Positions 60,464 through 64,000 of a stretch of 64,000 bases of DNA are shown here, piece after piece. The translations under genes and the position numbers were made by a program. Each line of letters begins with the position of its first letter. Position 1 is the stretch's first letter. The notes under the pieces are model-generated. The model was not told where the DNA came from and did not search any database. It saw only the letters and a program-made list of their open reading frames with translations. The DNA lies in the NCBI GenBank assembly GCA_034520215.1, contig JAXHNR010000002.1, positions 344,642 through 408,641 on the forward strand, given 5' to 3'. The stretch comes from Candidatus Krumholzibacteriota bacterium. GTDB taxonomy: Bacteria; Krumholzibacteriota; Krumholzibacteriia; Krumholzibacteriales; WJIX01.

Positions 60464-61321
60464 TTGTCCATCCGGGGAGAAGATATGGGTTTTATTTATT
60501 CAGATATAATCGAAAGTATCAGTTCGGAGGCTGCCTTTTCCAGCTCTGTTGTGCGTGAAGAGAGACTTAAGGGAAAATACAGTAATAACAAGGGGAAAGA
60601 ACCGGGTAGAGGAAAACTGTTGGGACGAGCTAGAGCGGCGCTTCGATCGAGGCATTACAGTGTAAGAACAGAAAAAACATATATATCATGGATTAAGAGG
60701 TTCATCCATTTTAATAACCTTAGACATCCCGCTGATATGGGAGATAGGGAAATAAACGAATTTCTCACCCACCTTGCAGTTAAAAGAAGTGTAAGTTCTT
60801 CAACTCAAAATCAGGCTTTAAGCGCGCTTTTGTTTCTATACAAATATGTGCTCAAGATTGAGCTCGGCGATCTTGGTGATATAATCCGTGCCCGTAAAAC
60901 GAAACGTGTTCCTGTTGTCTTAACGCGAGAGGAAGTCAGAAAGCTTCATAAAAAAGATCTGGCCGATGGATGGGGAAGAGTTAAAATGCCTTATGCTCTC
61001 GATAGAAAATATCCAAACGCCGCCGTTGAATGGAAATGGCAATGGGTATTTCCACAGGCGAACCGCTGGATAAACACAGCGAAAAACAAACAGGGCCGCC
61101 ACCATCTGGATCCGTCTATTATGCAGAAGACATTTAGGAGCGCTGTAGTAAAAGCAGATATTAAAAAGCAAGCAACCTGCCATACCCTGCGACATTCTTT
61201 TGCGACGCATTTACTTAAAGGCGGTTATGATATTAGAACAATACAGGAGCTTCTCGGCCATAAGGGTATAAAAACGACAATGATATATACGCATGTTTTA
61301 ATAGAGGGCCAAATGGTGTAA
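60464..61321 (+). pseudogene. intI: integron integrase IntI with an in-frame deletion of roughly 80 aa that removes the catalytic core
   Basis: [25 protein letters not shown] and [18 protein letters not shown] match the IntI N-domain. The IntI-specific insertion [21 protein letters not shown] is present. [13 protein letters not shown] and IYTHV boxes are present. The segment between VRKL and ALDRKYP is only 16 aa, so the catalytic Arg/Lys region is missing. Confidence 0.7.
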
Positions 61322-61527
61322 AGAGTCCAGCAGATGAATTGTAAATATTGAAGGGATTTTATACGGAAACCGTATAAGAACTTATTTGTTTTATTAAAGT
61401 TGAATAAGCACCTTACTTAAAAGGAGATATCGCAAAGATATTTAAGGAACATAGGTTGACGAAATAATCAAATATAGGTTTATACGTAAACTGTATATAC
61501 AATGTTCGCAGCACAAAGGAGGATAGA

Positions 61528-62016
61528 ATGAAGAGGTCAATTCCTGTTCTTGCAGTGGCATTGTTGTGTGTTTGCCTTCCCGCATTCTCCTATGCGGCTG
61601 ATCGCAATCCCTTTCTTGCCGAAGTGTCAGCCTTCAGTGTTGTCGTGGAGAACCTCTCGCCCTACCTGAAGGGAATTGGCATGACAGAGGCTGATATTCA
61701 GGACCGAGTGGAATTCCTGTGCAGAAGGAACTCTTTTCCCCTCAACTCAAAAGCGTGGCCGTGGCTCTACGTCCGCGTAACCGCCCTCCCTGTCACCGTA
61801 GGAGAACGGATCGTGGGCTATGCATACACAGTTGAACTCGCTTTCAAACAACTGGCCAAGACCAAGTCCAACGAAATGTATACCGTAGCATCATGGTCTG
61901 CTCGCACTTCCCTTGTAGTCGGACCACGAGAAGCCCTTCAACGGATGATCAAGGACACACTTCAGGACAAAGTCGAGGAGTTTGCCAACGTGTGGATGGC
62001 TTCGCACAATCAATGA
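61528..62016 (+). CDS. integron cassette ORF: secreted protein of unknown function
   Basis: Signal peptide MKRSIPVLAVALLCVCLPAFSYAADR. RBS AAAGGAGG upstream. An attC follows. Confidence 0.5.
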   Translation: MKRSIPVLAVALLCVCLPAFSYAADRNPFLAEVSAFSVVVENLSPYLKGIGMTEADIQDRVEFLCRRNSFPLNSKAWPWLYVRVTALPVTVGERIVGYAYTVELAFKQLAKTKSNEMYTVASWSARTSLVVGPREALQRMIKDTLQDKVEEFANVWMASHNQ

Positions 62017-62022
62017 ACCGGA

Positions 62023-62082
62023 CTGCGAACAATCTCCTGCAGGCGACGTCCTAAAGGCCGCGCCTGAGGAGTGACGTTAGGC
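62023..62082 (+). repeat. attC recombination site (about 60 bp) ending in canonical R' core GTTAGGC
   Basis: 5' arm gcgaacaatctcctgcagg pairs with 3' arm cctgaggagtgacGTTAGGC, with bulged bases. The next ORF starts 18 nt after the core. Confidence 0.55.
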
Positions 62083-62099
62083 GGCAACGAAAGAGGGCT

Positions 62100-63002
62100 A
62101 TGGATTCATTATTCAAACCTGGAAATAACTATGAGTACATTATGTCTGTGTGGAAAGATCGGGATTCGGCCACGGATACTGAACTATTGGAGTGCATAAG
62201 ATCAGAATGCGACCCTTGTAAGATTGCAGAGGCTGGCATTGAAAATGGTGGAAATCAGGTTGGCGTGCTTGGATTGATTATCGAGGAGATAGGCAGAAGA
62301 AAAATACGTGATGCTGCACCCATCATTGTCGAATATGTTGCTTGGCCGTACTACAATGACTTTTGGGTGCATCTTGTGCCACGTTGCTTTGAAGCTTTAT
62401 GCAAGATAGGCGATGACTCAATTGTTGGTCGCTTCTTAGAGTTGACTTCTGGCGATATCGCAGCAAAATCGATAATCGCCAATCTCCATGCAGTCTCATC
62501 TCAGATATACTCAAATGGGCTAGCAGAGCCGTTGGAATCCGAACCGAAAAAAGATCCCCGCGCACGAATGATCATGATAGCAATAGAAGAAAACCTCATA
62601 AAGGTCCGACAAATTATGAAATGGGCGGATTCTACAATTGGCAATACGAATCAACCTCCACCAGCATGGCTGTGCGATTTATCACTACAAGGACATTTCA
62701 GTATCCGGAATGCGCCCGAGGACGATGATATCGTTCCTTCTTTCGATGAACGGTGTATCTGTATAGTTGCCTTCAACAAGGCGGGTGTAATTTCTTTCTC
62801 GGACACTGTTGAAAAAATTTTTCGTGAAGAACTTGATGGATTCATAGTCGGAAAGAAGGCTTTGAGATATTTGTTGCAAACCCAAGCTTTTCGATCGCAA
62901 AAAAATGTTATGAGTATTAAAAAGCAAATTGAAAAGTGCTTCGATGAAATTGTTGAACGAAGGCCTTTGTTAATGGATATGATGAAAGATTTGACAGCCT
63001 AA
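62100..63002 (+). CDS. integron cassette ORF: hypothetical protein (300 aa)
   Basis: Starts 18 nt downstream of the GTTAGGC core. RBS GAAAGAGGG. Confidence 0.5.
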   Translation: MDSLFKPGNNYEYIMSVWKDRDSATDTELLECIRSECDPCKIAEAGIENGGNQVGVLGLIIEEIGRRKIRDAAPIIVEYVAWPYYNDFWVHLVPRCFEALCKIGDDSIVGRFLELTSGDIAAKSIIANLHAVSSQIYSNGLAEPLESEPKKDPRARMIMIAIEENLIKVRQIMKWADSTIGNTNQPPPAWLCDLSLQGHFSIRNAPEDDDIVPSFDERCICIVAFNKAGVISFSDTVEKIFREELDGFIVGKKALRYLLQTQAFRSQKNVMSIKKQIEKCFDEIVERRPLLMDMMKDLTA

Positions 63003-63136
63003 CAAGGCTAATTCAGCCGACGCAAAAAGCCGCGCGGCTGATTAGCAGCGATGGCGCGGACGCTTCGCGAGACAAGGAATTAATGAATGAGGAATATCTA
63101 AATAAGTATTAAGAGGGTGGAGGCGCTGTGGTGCCG

Positions 63137-63270
63137 CGCCAACGGGCTGCGGATTTCCATCCGCATTCTGTCCGTCGCTAAAGCGCCGGCTATCATGCGC
63201 CTGCAGCGGGCGGTAGGGCCTGCGAGCAAGCTCGCGGCCTCTCCCGCCGCTGATCCGCAGCCCGTTATAC
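63137..63270 (+). repeat. attC-like site with 11-bp perfect L''/L' pairing and an R'-like core GTTATAC
   Basis: gggctgcggat (63144-63154) is the exact reverse complement of atccgcagccc (63253-63263), which sits immediately before GTTATACGT. GC-rich central region. The annotated ORF start at 63117 lies inside this structure. Confidence 0.5.
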
Positions 63271-63296
63271 GTTTAATTCTTCAAGGAGGGGTAAAG

Positions 63297-63803
63297 ATGG
63301 CAAATGATGATTCGACTGTCGGGAATAAACTAGCTGGTATGTTCTTTGAGAACTGGAATGAAAAATCAGCTATTTCGAAATTGAAAACTCAGCATTCCAT
63401 TAAATCGCCAGAGCACAGTGTTTTCATGAGCTTGTTCTGGTTATTTTACCTGGCTTATACACGTGCTGCAATGTCATCACCTGATAAGATATCTTCTCAA
63501 CAATTCCAGAATATTGCAGATCACCTAACAACAAATGTTATAACCAAATTCAAGGATATCTTCGATTCGAGTGAGGATTCAGCAGACTTGCTAGCACTTT
63601 ACGGTGGAATTGCCGAAGGATTGTTCGGATGCTACAACACAAATTTAAACAGTTCTCCTTCGGTGCACTGGCATATCGGCAAGGAAATGTGTGTCATACT
63701 TAATGGTCCTGGTGCTGAACAGGATCCATCGCTAATCACCTATTTCGCAGATATGCTTCACAATGACTCAGTGAGAATTAAGGAATATTTTAATAATATG
63801 TAG
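63297..63803 (+). CDS. integron cassette ORF: hypothetical protein (169 aa from ATG 63297)
   Basis: AAGGAGGGGTAAAG precedes ATG 63297, which is 27 nt after the GTTATAC core. The upstream part of the track ORF overlaps attC and is rejected. Confidence 0.5.
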   Translation: MANDDSTVGNKLAGMFFENWNEKSAISKLKTQHSIKSPEHSVFMSLFWLFYLAYTRAAMSSPDKISSQQFQNIADHLTTNVITKFKDIFDSSEDSADLLALYGGIAEGLFGCYNTNLNSSPSVHWHIGKEMCVILNGPGAEQDPSLITYFADMLHNDSVRIKEYFNNM

Positions 63804-63818
63804 TCTGGATATTACTAC

Positions 63819-63918
63819 AACGTATAACTTTGCTTGCAGCTGGCGGTCTTGGCTGTCACTGCGGCTGCGCAGCACCCGCCGCGCCAGCCGGCGTCAGCAG
63901 CTGAAGCGAGCGTTAGAC
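63819..63918 (+). repeat. attC recombination site (about 100 bp): R'' aacgtataac, R' GTTAGAC
   Basis: Outer arms acgtataac and gttagacgt are near-complementary. Inner arms ctttgcttgcagctg and cagcagctgaagcgag pair with bulges. GC-rich centre. Next ORF ATG at 63935, 17 nt after the core. Confidence 0.6.
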
Positions 63919-63934
63919 GTATTAGGGAAAAACT

Positions 63935-64000
63935 ATGAAAGGGCAAGTATTCACGATCGGGAAGTTAAACTATATAAATGGAGTTGTCTACTTTGTAGCC
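63935..64000 (+). CDS. 5' end of a further cassette ORF (runs off the window)
   Basis: AGGGAAAAACT-ATG follows the attC core. Open to the window end (MKGQVFTIGKLNYINGVVYFVA). Confidence 0.35.
   Translation, partial: MKGQVFTIGKLNYINGVVYFVA

Noticed and set aside
63117-63296. 5' portion of the annotated 228-aa ORF (63117-63803)
   Set aside because: This stretch is GC-rich (unlike the rest of the ORF) and forms the attC-like palindrome ending in GTTATAC. A strong RBS and ATG at 63297 give a more plausible start.
1-64000. CRISPR arrays, rRNA, tRNA
   Set aside because: No regularly spaced direct repeats with unique spacers were seen. No cloverleaf-like GC-rich 70-90 bp segments were recognised by eye. 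A tRNAscan run would be needed to exclude tRNAs.

Overview
This 64 kb window is a mosaic accessory region, apparently bacterial. GC content is uneven: about 50% across 4.7-21.6 kb and 39-56 kb, and about 30% across 21.9-34.6 kb. Main blocks, left to right:
(1) A radical-SAM/SPASM enzyme followed by an unannotated 51-aa Cys-containing peptide ORF (0.8-2.3 kb).
(2) Nested IS21-family debris (2.9-3.5 kb).
(3) A BREX type-3-like defence locus, 4.7-21.6 kb: BrxF-like P-loop, BrxC/PglY, PglXI-type methyltransferase, BrxHII SNF2 helicase, PglZ and a candidate BrxA. Four extra modules are interleaved: a DUF1016/YhcG PD-(D/E)xK nuclease, an AAA_21 ATPase plus DUF4276 Toprim-like pair, and a HEPN-like/CBS protein.
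(4) A low-GC glycan-tailoring operon (21.9-29.9 kb) bracketed by inverted copies of an IS21 right end, which makes it composite-transposon-like. It encodes a carbamoyltransferase, methyltransferases, GT2 and GT4 glycosyltransferases, a NadA paralog, a radical-SAM/SPASM enzyme and a PIG-L deacetylase. IS21 and IS91 fragments follow, then two nucleotidyltransferase/GT2 genes.
(5) A complete IS21-family element (istA/istB, 34.7-37.1 kb) inserted into an IS256-family transposase gene.
(6) A second radical-SAM/SPASM gene with a 60-aa upstream peptide, a NitT/TauT-type ABC transporter and an O-methyltransferase (39.0-43.8 kb).
(7) A cytoplasmic histidine-kinase-like protein followed by two unknown proteins.
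(8) Cys-rich small proteins followed by a clean terminator.
(9) A tight operon with a divergent class-A PBP-like protein, a multi-TM protein and an FtsK/SpoIIIE-type ATPase (49.9-56.0 kb).
(10) An MboI/DpnII-like M-R-M restriction-modification operon on the minus strand (56.7-59.6 kb).
(11) A degenerate integron. Its intI carries an in-frame deletion of the catalytic core and lies in the same orientation as at least four downstream cassettes separated by attC sites with GTTRRRY cores (60.5-64.0 kb).
No CRISPR array, rRNA or convincing tRNA was seen. All assignments rest on motif recognition by eye; none was confirmed by a search.
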